Translations under genes and position numbers: made by a program | The notes under the pieces: model-generated | Databases searched by the model: none | Seen by the model: only the letters and a program-made list of their open reading frames with translations | Told to the model about the DNA's origin: nothing | Part shown: in pieces, positions 1 through 9,956 of the stretch | How the letters are laid out: each line of letters starts with the position of its first letter | How positions within the stretch are numbered: the stretch's first letter is position 1 | DNA from: Asterias rubens | Lineage: Eukaryota | Length of the DNA stretch: 64,000 nt | Reading direction: 5' to 3' | Assembly (NCBI RefSeq): GCF_902459465.1 | Contig: NC_047066.1 | Coordinates: 6,697,047 to 6,761,046, forward strand

Positions 1-611
1 AGGTAGGGAACATGACTTATATATTAACCTATTAGTCGCCACATCCCAATTTCAGTAAAGTCTTCTGTCAATAGTTATTTGGATATATTCTTATCTTCCA
101 GTATGCGCTAATCCACCAATCAGATGCTCGAACTGGAGGGTGGTTTAAAAAGCTATAACCTACTCCTAGTTTTTATATTGCACTCTGCATATTGTGAGTG
201 TCAATGCCTCAGGTTCCACATACCGACAGTGCAAAAATTACATTCTAAACTTTGCGCGTGCATGCTGTTAGTCGCGAAATAATGTTTGGGACACAGAAGC
301 GCTATATTTTTCTGTATTTCACTCGCGCTTGTGTTATAACTTATAATCACTCTTGTTAGAGCCAAACAAGAAGAAAGAAGACAATAAATAAATTTCAGTG
401 TGAGATGTGGTAGAGAAACCCCAGAGATTTAATTCCAGGGAAACCCACACAGTCAATCATAGTGGCCCCCGGTGGGAATAAAACCAGGGTTCCAGAGGTG
501 GAAGGCGAGGCAAGACACGACTATACCAACCTGACCACCCCTTACCACTTGCCAAAATAGATAGGATGGTAAGAGTCTTGTCATGCAGTGTCCATGCTCA
601 CTGTGTACAGT

Positions 612-975
612 AATATTAAAGGAACACGATGCCCTGGATCGGTCGAGTTGGTCTTTGAAAAGCATTTGTAACCATTTGTTATAAAATACATATGATTAGA
701 AAGATATTTTAAAAGTAGAATCAAATGATCCCCAAAAGTATCACTCGAAATTGCGTTGTTTTCCTTTTACCTCGTCGACAAACACGGTCGGCCATATGGT
801 CGACCGTGTTAGTTCGCAAAGTAAAAGGAAAACCACGCAATTTCGAGGCAAATGTGTGTGGATCATTGTATTCTACTTTTAAAACATCTTTCTAACCATA
901 TACATTTTATAACAAACGGTTATAAACGCTTTTCAAAGACCAACTCGGTCGATCCAGGGCATCGTGTTCCTTTAA
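612..975. repeat. Imperfect ~360-bp palindrome (foldback-like element) centred on ggccatatggtc at about 797
   Basis: Left arm 612-795 is the reverse complement of right arm 800-975, with a 12-bp internal mismatch block. A partial copy of the right arm recurs at 22862-22925. Confidence 0.7.
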
Positions 976-1299
976 ATTCTGCAAAAGCCAGCTGGACTGT
1001 ACTTTCTATCCATGCTCAGTATGGTGTTTTGAGTTTGAACAGAGAGGAAATGAGAAGGCTGGGTTTTGTGCAACTTCACTCCATGGCAAACACCATGCTT
1101 CTCAACATGCCTCGTTCTAAACACATTGTGGGAGACCATTCCCCCTTTCGCCACACACCATCACCAGAAGTCACCGGAAGTTTATCTTTAAAGAGGATTT
1201 TAAAACTTTGCCTGGTGGAACATTATGTACATGGGTTCACTGAAAATCTTATTAGGAAGTATATTATAACCTTTTAATCTCTTCTAATTATAACTTCAG

Positions 1300-1583
1300 G
1301 ATCAGCTGTCGCTTGCGCCCTAGTCATGTCAGAAATGGGAAGTAGGAACCCGGTCAAAATCCTTCGAGGGGGATACGAGGAGTTCTCCGCCCTCTACCCA
1401 TTCCTCCGAACCCAGAAGATCATCTACATGCCGAGGGAGCTGGATGAGCTTGTGCCTTACCCCGTCGAGGTCCTACCGGGACGGTTGTATCTTGGGGATT
1501 GTCGGCAGGCATGCAGGACTTCTGTCAGGAAAGAATTAAAGATCAAGGCAGTGGTGTGCCTGACGACTGAAGCCAATGAACTG
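1300..1583 (+). CDS. STYXL1: STYXL1-like pseudophosphatase, internal coding exon. Encodes the end of the rhodanese domain (ILRGGYEEFSALYPFL) and the start of the DUSP fold (PVEVLPGRLYLGD). Upstream exons not found.
   Basis: AG acceptor at 1298-1299 (cttcag|g). ORF frame continuous with the ATG at 1326. Donor ct|gtaagg at 1584. Rhodanese C-terminal motif plus DUSP N-terminal motif, as in MKP/MK-STYX. Confidence 0.6.
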
Positions 1584-2254
1584 TAAGGATTAGTTAATCT
1601 GAAAGGATATGCTTTTGTGTAAACATTTACATGTATCATGTCCCTATAAGTATTCAAAAAGTAAACACAGATTGTGTTTATTAAACATGACAAAATTATT
1701 ATTAGAACACACTACCAAAAAGTGGTTTTGAGTTACAAAATATTGATCAACGTCATAATCAGGCATGCAACTTTTTCTCAGATCAGCTGATTTCCTCTTT
1801 TTTCATTCTCAGTTTTATCATTCAAAATTGAAAAATACAGTACAAAATCTTTGCAATTTTGTATTTTCCTCTTTTTTTGGTGAAGTTACAGTTGCATGCT
1901 TGCATAATAATTAAGGTGAGAAGTCCAAAAGTCCACACAAAGTGAGTTCTTAGTTGGTCTCAACATTTCGACTAGCAAAGTAGTCTCCTGATGAATTCCG
2001 AAATCTATAATAATATTGAAGTCTTATATAGCGCACGTATCTACCAAACAAGGTACTCGAGGCGCTGAGTATATACAAACTCTCAGAAAGATAGGTTATT
2101 GAAGTGACGAATTCTGAGACCCAATTATTTAGCACCTTGTAAGAGTTTACAAGGTGCTACGGCGCATACAGCAGCCACAGCCAGGAACACCGGGGCGGAC
2201 CCCTTCTCTATTCTATAAGTGCGCTGGGTTCTTTTACATGCAACATGCGTTATG

Positions 2255-2430
2255 CAACACATGGGGCCAACGGCTTGACGTCCCATCCGAAGGACGAAGC
2301 AATGGTTAAAGTGTCTTGCTTAAGGACACTAGTGTCACGGCTGGAGATTCGAACCCACTTCTGCTGATCAGAAACACCAGAGTTTGAATTCGGTGCTCTT
2401 GACCGCTCGGCCACCACACTTCCACAAGGC
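2255..2430 (-). mobile_element. tRNA-derived SINE (tRNA-Ser-like head: gtggccgagcggt … gggttcgaatc), family 1
   Basis: The minus strand reads as a degenerate type-II tRNA followed by a conserved body cttaagcaagacactttaaccattgcttcg. Diverged copies lie at 4085-4200 and 18195-18320. Confidence 0.65.
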
Positions 2431-2578
2431 AGTAGAATAAAAAGCAAGACCTAGTTCCCAAAGACCAGACATATACGCAGCAAAGTAGATACACGTGGTG
2501 TTACCGCAAACCGAATATACCCTGATGCCTCACCATGCACTGCCGCTAAACCTTTAATGACTTGTTTATTTTTCCCAG

Positions 2579-2679
2579 AGCCAGTGATCTGAACAGTGAT
2601 CAGCTTCTTCAAATTCAAGTCTCAGATGATGAAGAGGGCGACTTGGATCCACACTTGAACCCAGCATGCCAATTTTTAG
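2579..2679 (+). CDS. STYXL1: STYXL1-like coding exon (…ASDLNSDQLLQIQVSDDEEGDLDPHLNPACQFL…)
   Basis: Acceptor tttcccag|ag and donor ttttag|gtaaac. Phases agree with the flanking exons (2 in, 1 out). Confidence 0.55.
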
Positions 2680-3252
2680 GTAAACAGAGTTTTCAGACGC
2701 TTTCCTTGGTATCAACAAGAACAGTAATTTCTGAATCTGAATTTTATAGTAGGCAATACATCCCAAAGGAAACTTCACACATTGAGCAGGACTAAATCTT
2801 ACCTGGACTTTATTTGGTACAAGTAAATACATGTATATTTACTCTTTAGGAACATTTATTTTATTTTATGTGAATATAATTGGTTTGATTTCATTTTATC
2901 AAATAAGTGCAACGACTTGTTGCAAACACATAAGAATTTAGAGTTGCTGTTAATAATAAATTTGTTTAAAAAAAATAGAGTCTATATTTTTGTTTTACCT
3001 AAAAGTTCTGGTTATGAAGCAAGGGGTCCTTCGAAAAGTGAAATTGATCACTGATCACTGTACTAGCCAAGAACCCAATTGAGAGACGACAAGGAAGTTT
3101 AAATTCTTTTGATATGGGAGGGAAAACCCCATAAAATTATTTCAGGGAAAACCCACGCCATCAGGTAGGGACTGAAGATACCACTACGCCAACCCGTACG
3201 CCTCATGCACTTGACAGTTGATTTAACTAATTCTTCCCTGTCTCTGTTTCAG

Positions 3253-3365
3253 GTAAAGTCATCGGTGCAGACCAAGCTGCTTTGGTATGTAGTGACCACG
3301 GACTTAGCCGCAGTGTCAGCGTGGTGCTGGCTTACCTCATGGTGTTCTACAAATGGTCACTGAAG
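3253..3365 (+). CDS. STYXL1: STYXL1-like exon encoding the DUSP signature region GKVIGADQAALVCSDHGLSRSVSVVLAYLMVFYKWSLK. Ser replaces the catalytic Cys.
   Basis: Acceptor ctgtttcag|gt and donor ctgaag|gtaaat. Motif aligns to VHCxxGxSRS with Cys replaced by Ser, the pseudophosphatase hallmark. Confidence 0.65.
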
Positions 3366-3833
3366 GTAAATGTTTCATATTTTTCCACACATCAAAGTAA
3401 AGCATAAAACTTAAGCATGATTGTTATATTATGTTCAGGCTAGTTCAAATTTTAGATTCGAAGAGTAACAGTTCACAAAACCTGGCAAACCACATCACAT
3501 GTTTACACCAGGGTAGTCGGGTTGGCTAAGTGGTGTCTTTGGTCAACTTCCACCTTAAGGACTCCCGTTTGAATTCTATGAGGGCACCGTGTGTTTTGGG
3601 TTTTCAGTCCCTACCTGATTGCAAGGGATTTCTCTAGATAATTCTCTGGGGTTTTCCTTCCACAACTGAAACTGAAATTTCCTTTCTTATCTTCTCTCCA
3701 TGCGGTACTTGGAAAGTCTAGTGATTAAGCTTGCCTTTTTGAGAATATGCGGCTTCACAACCTAAGTTAATAAATAAATGAATACATAAATATACTAAAA
3801 GTTTACTATACAATTTTGTTCATTTTTCAACAG

Positions 3834-3965
3834 GAGGCTCATAAACATCTGCTGGATTGTAAGAGTAACATCCGTCCACATCGATCATTTGTACATCAGC
3901 TCTCCAAATGGGAGAAGACGGTATTTGGCGAGACGCTAACCGATGTTAGCGATCCCAACTTCTAA
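3834..3965 (+). CDS. STYXL1: STYXL1-like terminal coding exon (…FVHQLSKWEKTVFGETLTDVSDPNF*), stop included
   Basis: Acceptor ttcaacag|gag. The C-terminus matches the remembered human STYXL1 C-terminus (…[22 protein letters not shown]). TAA at 3963-3965. Confidence 0.7.
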   Translation, partial: EAHKHLLDCKSNIRPHRSFVHQLSKWEKTVFGETLTDVSDPNF

Positions 3966-4084
3966 ACTGAATTTCAGAATTAAAGCAAGCAATTAACATC
4001 AAGCCTTATGGGAAAGGTACACCTTTATGATCAACCAATGGTATCTAGTTGTTGGTGGTTTTGGATTGACCCTCCTACAGTATC

Positions 4085-4200
4085 TCCCTTGCTTAAGGAC
4101 ACAAGCGCCACGACCTGGACTCAAACCCACACTCTGCTGCAGATCAGAAACACCAAAGCTTGAGTTCGGATGCTCCTAACAGCTTGGCCACAACACATCC
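4085..4200 (-). mobile_element. tRNA-derived SINE, family 1 copy
   Basis: Shares gcttaaggacac…ctgctg(c)agatcagaaacacca(a/g)agcttgagtt with the copies at 2255 and 18195. Confidence 0.6.
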
Positions 4201-5220
4201 CCAACATGTACATGTAATTGTACAAGGCACAATACAATTTCTGTATCAACATCTTCTCTCTTCATTGGCTTTCCGCTGAAAGATGTACAGGCTATGAAAT
4301 AATACAAGAGCCGGTTCCTTTGATGATGTAGCAACACTTTAAGTTGTGGCTGTGTTATGTATAAATAGATTTCTAATTGTCTCATGCATAATAGTTTATT
4401 AAGGCTTCACCTACAAGCTGATTCTGGGTATAAGTGAAACCTTACTGAACCATTATGCAGTTGTTACCTCAGATAGAAAGTATCAATGAAGACTTAAGTG
4501 GGTGTCTTTTCTACAAAATCAAATACATAGTTTATTTCTTGCATTAGCACAATATTTCAGTATTCCATGTCCATACATTGAGTAATCTTTAGCTGATACA
4601 GCTTTAGCTTGGTCAAGAATGTTGGTTAAAGTCATTTGTAAAAATTATTACACTTGTATTTACATTGTTTGTATAAATACCATGAGGGCAACAATGCACC
4701 TGTAATCATTGTAAGATATTATGAACTTAAAATAAACCCATTGTATATATTATTTCAAAACACATTGTGTTCAAATGTGTGTTTTTTAAAACAAATATTT
4801 AACAAAAATGTTTAACAGTTTCCCGGCTGGAGTAAAATGAACAGAAGAGATGACCGATGACTCAGTAGTTTAGTGGAAACTAGTTGTTTAATCAGCTCCC
4901 AAGAAAACTAGTGAGTAAAGTTCACAATAGACAGGTCATTTAGGGCACCCCACCAGCCCTGCTGTCTATCACAAGCCCAGAATAAAAGAGAGTGTGATAC
5001 ACCATCTTGCTCTGCCTGTGCCACAAACAGACACAGAAGACATGACACAGTAAACCAAAATGTCGAAAGTTACTTGCATTTTGAAATGGAACTTTAAGCT
5101 ACTTTTAAAACATCTTGGTGCATGTTCACTGTTGTGATAGGTTGATCTATAAAAGAGCGTGGAGCTCTTTCACTTTAATAACCTACACTTTGAGGAAAAC
5201 ACACATAGAACAATTACCAG

Positions 5221-5400
5221 GATAGCTCAATGGTTTAGCGGTAAGACACCTGCTCCAGCAATGCTCTAGACATCTGTTTTAGCAATGCAAAGGTTGTGGG
5301 TTTCGAAACCCACCCGATTGATTTGCCTGTGCAAAAACTCGGTGGGGAAAAGTACCGAGTATACAGTGCTTCATACACAACGGTGTAAGGGTAAAAAAAC
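5221..5400 (+). mobile_element. tRNA-derived SINE, family 2 (…gcaatgcaaaggttgtgggtttcgaaacccac…gtaccgagtatacagtgct(t/c)(c/a)atacaca(a/t)cggtgtaagggt)
   Basis: tRNA-like A/B boxes. Related copies at 36150-36250 (-), 38990-39185 (+) and 39240-39365 (+). Confidence 0.65.
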
Positions 5401-5506
5401 AAAATAAACCAAACAGTTAATTAAGTTCTTCTGATTAAAAACGTGTAAGTTTTGACTTTGCCTAAAGGCCAGAAAAAAAGTCTACAAGTAAATAATAGAT
5501 ATAATA

Positions 5507-6067
5507 TCAGACTACAACAGACCCATTATAAGTCCCTGCAATTGAAAGGACTTCCCTCCCCACCGTCTCCTCAGACCCACCATCTAAAAACGTCTCGGTC
5601 AGTTCCCTGAGCGTAATGGCAAGTCGTCTGGCGATTATTGCCCCTCGACATATTCCGTGATTCCAGTCGTGTCTTGCGGCACCAGACACAACAACCAGAC
5701 TCCGCGCTGGGAGTGGTATCCTTACAGTCGGGGCGGTTTGGGGGTCATGCCCGGCAGAGGTCGTATCTGAGGTTGTAACTGGGGTCAGATCTGAGGTCGT
5801 AACTGGGGTCATGTCCAGAAAGGTTCCCGACAACAAGTTGATCGTTATTAATCTCTCTCCCCATAACCAGCTGTCGTCCCTGTGGGGATCAATGGAGGAC
5901 CCTCTGTCCGGGCGATATTCAAGATTGCACAGTTCCACAGGGACAAAGTCGTCCAGACCAGGGTGTGAGTTTATGCGATTCACAAAGGGTTGGATGAATG
6001 GAGGCAGCCCTGTAAAACTTCCAGTTTTAAGTTTTCTTCGTTTGAAATTTACTTTTGGTCCGTAGTC
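5507..6067 (-). CDS. ALKBH4: ALKBH4 exon 3 (DYGPKVNFKRRKLKTGSFTGLPPF … IDPHRDDSWLWGERLITINLL … IPLPARSLVVVSGAARHDWNHGI … *), stop included
   Basis: Near-colinear match to remembered human ALKBH4 (DYGPKVNFRKQKLKTEGF…AIDPHLDDAWLWGERLVSLNLL…IPLPARSLLVLTGAARHQWKHAI). Acceptor ccacag|gactac. HxD iron-binding motif present. Confidence 0.85.
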   Translation of the reverse strand, partial: DYGPKVNFKRRKLKTGSFTGLPPFIQPFVNRINSHPGLDDFVPVELCNLEYRPDRGSSIDPHRDDSWLWGERLITINLLSGTFLDMTPVTTSDLTPVTTSDTTSAGHDPQTAPTVRIPLPARSLVVVSGAARHDWNHGICRGAIIARRLAITLRELTETFLDGGSEETVGREVLSIAGTYNGSVVV

Positions 6068-6394
6068 CTGTGGTCCAAAACAGAGATATAAATTTGTTTT
6101 TATAACCTTGGTTTTTATCACAAAGAATGGGAAACAAAATTAATGATATCATTTTGTTTAAATTTTTTTTCAAAGAGTTCAATAACTTCAACAATATTGC
6201 AAATTAAGTATATAAATTTTAAGTAATTGGAGAGGTTTTACACATTTAATTCTAATTGTTAATGACCAGTGATTAAAACTAAATTTTTTAAAAGGTTGTT
6301 CACAGAGTTTAAAATCTTCAACAAAATTTACAATTAAAAGAATAAGAACCTTTACAAAAAGAAATAACTAAAATAATACAAACTTGGCAAGGTT

Positions 6395-6790
6395 TAAAGC
6401 CATTATACACTTTCGGTAAACAGTATTGTCCAAGTCCCACACTTCGTGTAGCACAACTTATATATAAAATAACAAACCTGTGAAAATTTAGGTTCAATCG
6501 GTCATCGGAGTCGGGAGAAAATAACGGGAAAACCCACTCTTGTTTCCGCACGTTTTGCCGTGTCATGACATGTGTTTAAAATAAATCCGTAATTCTCGCT
6601 ATCGAGAGTTGATATTGTTTTAATGTTTTCTCAAAAAGTAAAGCATTTCATGGAACAATATTTCCAGAGAAGTCTTTCACCATTACCTTCTGTAAACCCT
6701 GTACATTATTCGTAAATCTGTGAACTTTTTTTTCTTCTTTCTGTACCGAAAGTGTATACACTGTAATGGCTTTAAACAAACAAGTTTATA
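6395..6790. mobile_element. MITE family B (TIR gtttaaagccattatacactttcggtaaacag … ctgtaccgaaagtgtatacactgtaatggctttaaac); second copy at about 53765-54070
   Basis: Terminal inverted repeats visible. Shares the central module ataacaaacctgtgaaaattt(a/g)g(g/c)(t/c)caa(t/a)cggtca(t/a)(c/g)g.agt(c/t)g(g/c)gaga(a/t)aataa with family A. Confidence 0.75.
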
Positions 6791-7084
6791 AATTGTTAAT
6801 GACTGGTGATTAATTTAAGTTTGTTTATTAAGATTTAACAAAAATTCAACAAAATAAATCATTGGGCAAATTTTAAACAAACAATGCTCAGTTGTTAATG
6901 GTCAGTGATAAAATAAGTTTGTTTAAAAGTTGTTCAAAAATTTTCAACATTGTTGACAATTTAAAAAATAAACAAAAAGAAGTCATTGGCCAAGTTTTAC
7001 ACAAATAGTTCAAAAAATTGTAATTGAGTAGTGATTTGTTTACAGTTAATAAAGAACTAACTAAAATAAAAACCTTTGTCTCAC

Positions 7085-7312
7085 CTGTTTCCATCGCCCA
7101 GACTGAGATGGTTTCCATGGTGACTCATCAATAATCTGGACAATTTCTGCCTCTTCTTCTTCAGACACAAACTCAGGTATGAGAATGACTCCTGGAAATT
7201 CAAGACCATTCCCGGAGTGCTCACAAGTCGACGTTACTAATGACTTGTCATTGAAACTCTCTGTCTGTTGATACGCTTCATTACACATCCAGCAGTAAAT
7301 GTATGGCTTCTC
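7085..7312 (-). CDS. ALKBH4: ALKBH4 exon 2 (EKPYIYCWMCNEAYQQ…FPGVILIPEFVSEEEEAEIVQIIDESPWKPSQSGRWKQ)
   Basis: Matches human …FPFPGVMLIEDFVTREEEAELVRLMDRDPWKLSQSGRRKQ. Acceptor ttttttaaag|gag and donor cag|gtgaga. 228 nt, phase 0. Confidence 0.85.
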
Positions 7313-8225
7313 CTTTAAAAAATAACACAAACACACTTTTCTGAATTATTAACTTGTTCATAATTTTTTTCTAAAAGTCAGGTGTTTTTTTAAGTATTGC
7401 TTGTGGTTCAGCACATCTCCTTTGTAAAAAATTAAAAAAATTCTGACCTCTGGAAATTATATTATATTTCCTCTGGCAAACTCAAGTTTTGGTGTTCAGT
7501 TTGCATTTAGCCTCACTGATATCTATTTCTTGAAAAATTATGCAGAAAACAAACATTTTATATTCATAATTTCTTAAACTCAAACACTTCGGCAGCTGAA
7601 CAGCGAGGAATTATTAGTAAGAATTATTTAACTAGGCCTACGTCTTGAATTGAAGTTTCATGGCCCAGATGTTTTTTCTTGATTGAATTTTGACAGATGA
7701 TACTGTTCCAAAACAAACAAAAACATGATAAAACTTTGGCATATTCAAGACCCAGTATTCAGTAACTAGGGCGCTGTACTCCTTTTGTTTGAAGTTTGTC
7801 ATTATCTATTGCTATTTAATGACAAACTTTGAAAAAAAGGAGTACAGCGCCCTGGGTCTGAGCTACTCCTAGAACTATGCGGTGTGTTCCCAGATGCTTG
7901 TCCATATGTTTTGTACACAAAGCACGGATTGGGTATTTTTTCTTTTCAGGGCGAACGTGTGCAGACAATTCTTCATGTTTGTCCTGGGAAAAAAAGTACT
8001 CGCACGTACCTCGCAACGAATCGGGCAATCGGCATTTGTCAATGAGAGTTCTAAGGACACATAAGGCCTAATTTTGGCGAGATTTAAAAAAGAAGAAGAG
8101 AGATTTGGGTTAGCAAAATTAAAACTAATAGTTCTAGGAGTAGGTCTGAGCATGGAGAGAGAAAAATATATTTCTACGTCACTCCATGGTCTGAGCATAT
8201 GCCACAGACAATCCAGTGCAATAAT

Positions 8226-8854
8226 GGAAGGCACTAAAAACTAACCTCTACAGCGGTTCGGAACTTTTCGTGTGCTCTCGGAACACTCCGGCACGGTTCG
8301 CGCGATCCCCCACGCAGCAGGTTTGGGGAGTTGTTACATAAGAGTGGACTAACCACTAGGACCTGGTTGTTAATGATTTCATGTCTAAAAGATGCAAGTA
8401 CTGCTTCAGACCTCTTTATTCAAGTACGTTTGTAGCAGCAGGTTTGGGGAGTTGTTACATAAGAGTGGACTAACCACTGGGACCTGGTTGTTAATATTTT
8501 CATGTTTAAAAGTTGCAAGCACTGCTTCAGACCTCTTTATTCAAGTACATTTTTAGCAGCAGGTTTGGGGAGTTGTTACATAAGAGTGGACTAACCACTA
8601 GGACCTGGTTGTTAATATTTTCATGTCTAAAAGATGCAAGCACTGCTTCAGACCTCTTTATTCAATTACGTTTGTAGCAGCAGGTTTGGGGAGTTGTTAC
8701 ATAAGAGTGGACTAACCACTAGGACCTGCATGGTTGTTAATATTTTCATTTCTAAAAGATGCAAGCATATGCAAAATGACGTCATAAGGTCATTCTCGCT
8801 CGGGTATTCTCCGATGGGCCGAACCGCTGTGGAGTTTAGTATTTAGTGCCTTCC
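8226..8854. mobile_element. Mutator-like (MULE-type) MITE with ~34-bp TIRs and an internal 4 x ~120-bp tandem array, in ALKBH4 intron 1
   Basis: TIRs ggaaggcactaaaaactaacctctacagcggttcgg (8226-) and its reverse complement ending at 8854. Exact 9-bp target-site duplication tgcaataat at 8217-8225 and 8855-8863. Confidence 0.75.
8295..8765. repeat. Minisatellite, ~120-bp unit x 4 (agcaggtttggggagttgttacataagagtggactaaccactaggacctggttgttaat…), internal to the MULE-like MITE
   Basis: Four near-identical tandem units visible directly. Confidence 0.85.
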
Positions 8855-9490
8855 TGCAATAATTTTACAACATTAAAAAATATAGTATCTAAAAAACTAA
8901 TTTACCTCGAGATATCCCTTTTTGTTAAAATAAGTGAAAAAGTAGTGGCGCCATATAAGCTTGGGCGATACCACGATATTATCGAATATCGCGATACTAA
9001 TTTAGAAACGATATCGATATCGGATCGATTTTGTATTAATCGAAATATCGGTAAATCGCGATATCGACTAAGTATCGCGATGTATTTCCTAGCCGAGACG
9101 TCTCGCGACAATAAATCTCATAGTGGAGATAATCTTACATCATCACTAAAGAGCTGCGAGTCACCGCAAGATTCCTTTGTAGATTGGACCGACCGGGTTT
9201 CTTCGGAGAAAAAACCCAATCAAAGCAGAGATTAGGCGGCCTTACACAGACTACCGAAAACTACATTTAGAATCACTATTGTATCACATTACACTCCCTT
9301 TGAGTGTGCGGCTCAGGGCCGCTGTCTGCGCCCATCTGAGGTGTAAATCGGCTATTAAACTTGGTAGTTTATTTGGTTAGGCTCTATAGAGAAGAGTGAT
9401 GGTCAACTCAGTTTGGAAATAATTAAAAGAGCCGATCTTTTAATTATTTCCAAACTGACTTGGCCATCATTCTACTTCAATCGTTCAAAG

Positions 9491-9898
9491 ATGGAAGGTG
9501 AACTGCGTCTTGTGTCTAAGAAAAAAACAACTTCTGCCGTATGGGTTCATTTTGGTATTGCTGTTGATGAAGACGGAAAAGCAACGACTGAAAATGAAGC
9601 GACCTGCCGCATTTGCTTCAAAAAGGTCTCAATCAAAGGTGGCACTACGTCAAATTTAAGCAGTCATCTCAAGGTAAAACACCCTGCCGAGTCGGCAAGA
9701 CTACAGCCCTCTGCGTCGCCATCACAATCAAATAGAGCCGGTCCATCGAGATCAAATCTAACCACCATCACGGATGCATTTACCCGTCCAAAAAGAAAGT
9801 TTTATTTGAAAAAAGAAATCAACTGCCAATGGTGCGTCATTGAATTACCAAACATTACTAAATTATGTAAGCCTTTACTTTTACGACGGCAGCGCTAA
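9491..9898 (+). CDS. BED-type zinc-finger ORF (…SAVWVHFG…CRICFKKVSIKGGTTSNLSSHLKVKHPAE…). A transposase-derived fragment with no DDE or dimerisation domain.
   Basis: C-x2-C…H-x4-H spacing and the W-x-HF signature of BED fingers. ATG at 9491; the ORF track's TTG at 9413 is rejected. It lies inside the hAT-like element. Confidence 0.6.
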   Translation: MEGELRLVSKKKTTSAVWVHFGIAVDEDGKATTENEATCRICFKKVSIKGGTTSNLSSHLKVKHPAESARLQPSASPSQSNRAGPSRSNLTTITDAFTRPKRKFYLKKEINCQWCVIELPNITKLCKPLLLRRQR

Positions 9899-9956
9899 TC
9901 AATTGAATACATTTACCGATCTGTTGGTAAATGTATTCAATTGATAAGCGCTGCCA
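9888..9956. repeat. Perfect ~30-bp-stem hairpin (cggcagcgctaatcaattgaatacatttaccgat | ctgttggtaaatgtattcaattgataagcgctgcc) immediately 3' of the BED ORF
   Basis: Inverted repeat read directly from the sequence. Confidence 0.8.

Noticed and set aside
852-1277. 141-aa ORF as a candidate upstream STYXL1 exon (rhodanese domain)
   Set aside because: The peptide has no rhodanese or DUSP similarity. It lies entirely within the 360-bp palindrome, which generates long ORFs on both strands.
2255-2430. Possible genuine tRNA-Ser/Leu gene on the minus strand (gtggccgagcggt D-loop, gggttcgaatc T-loop)
   Set aside because: Degenerate anticodon stem and variable arm. Three diverged copies (2255, 4085, 18195) share an identical non-tRNA downstream body, so it behaves as a SINE family rather than a tRNA gene.
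8295-8765. Regular ~120-bp repeats, considered as a CRISPR-like array
   Set aside because: Eukaryotic context. The units are identical with no unique spacers and sit between transposon TIRs with a TSD. It is a minisatellite.
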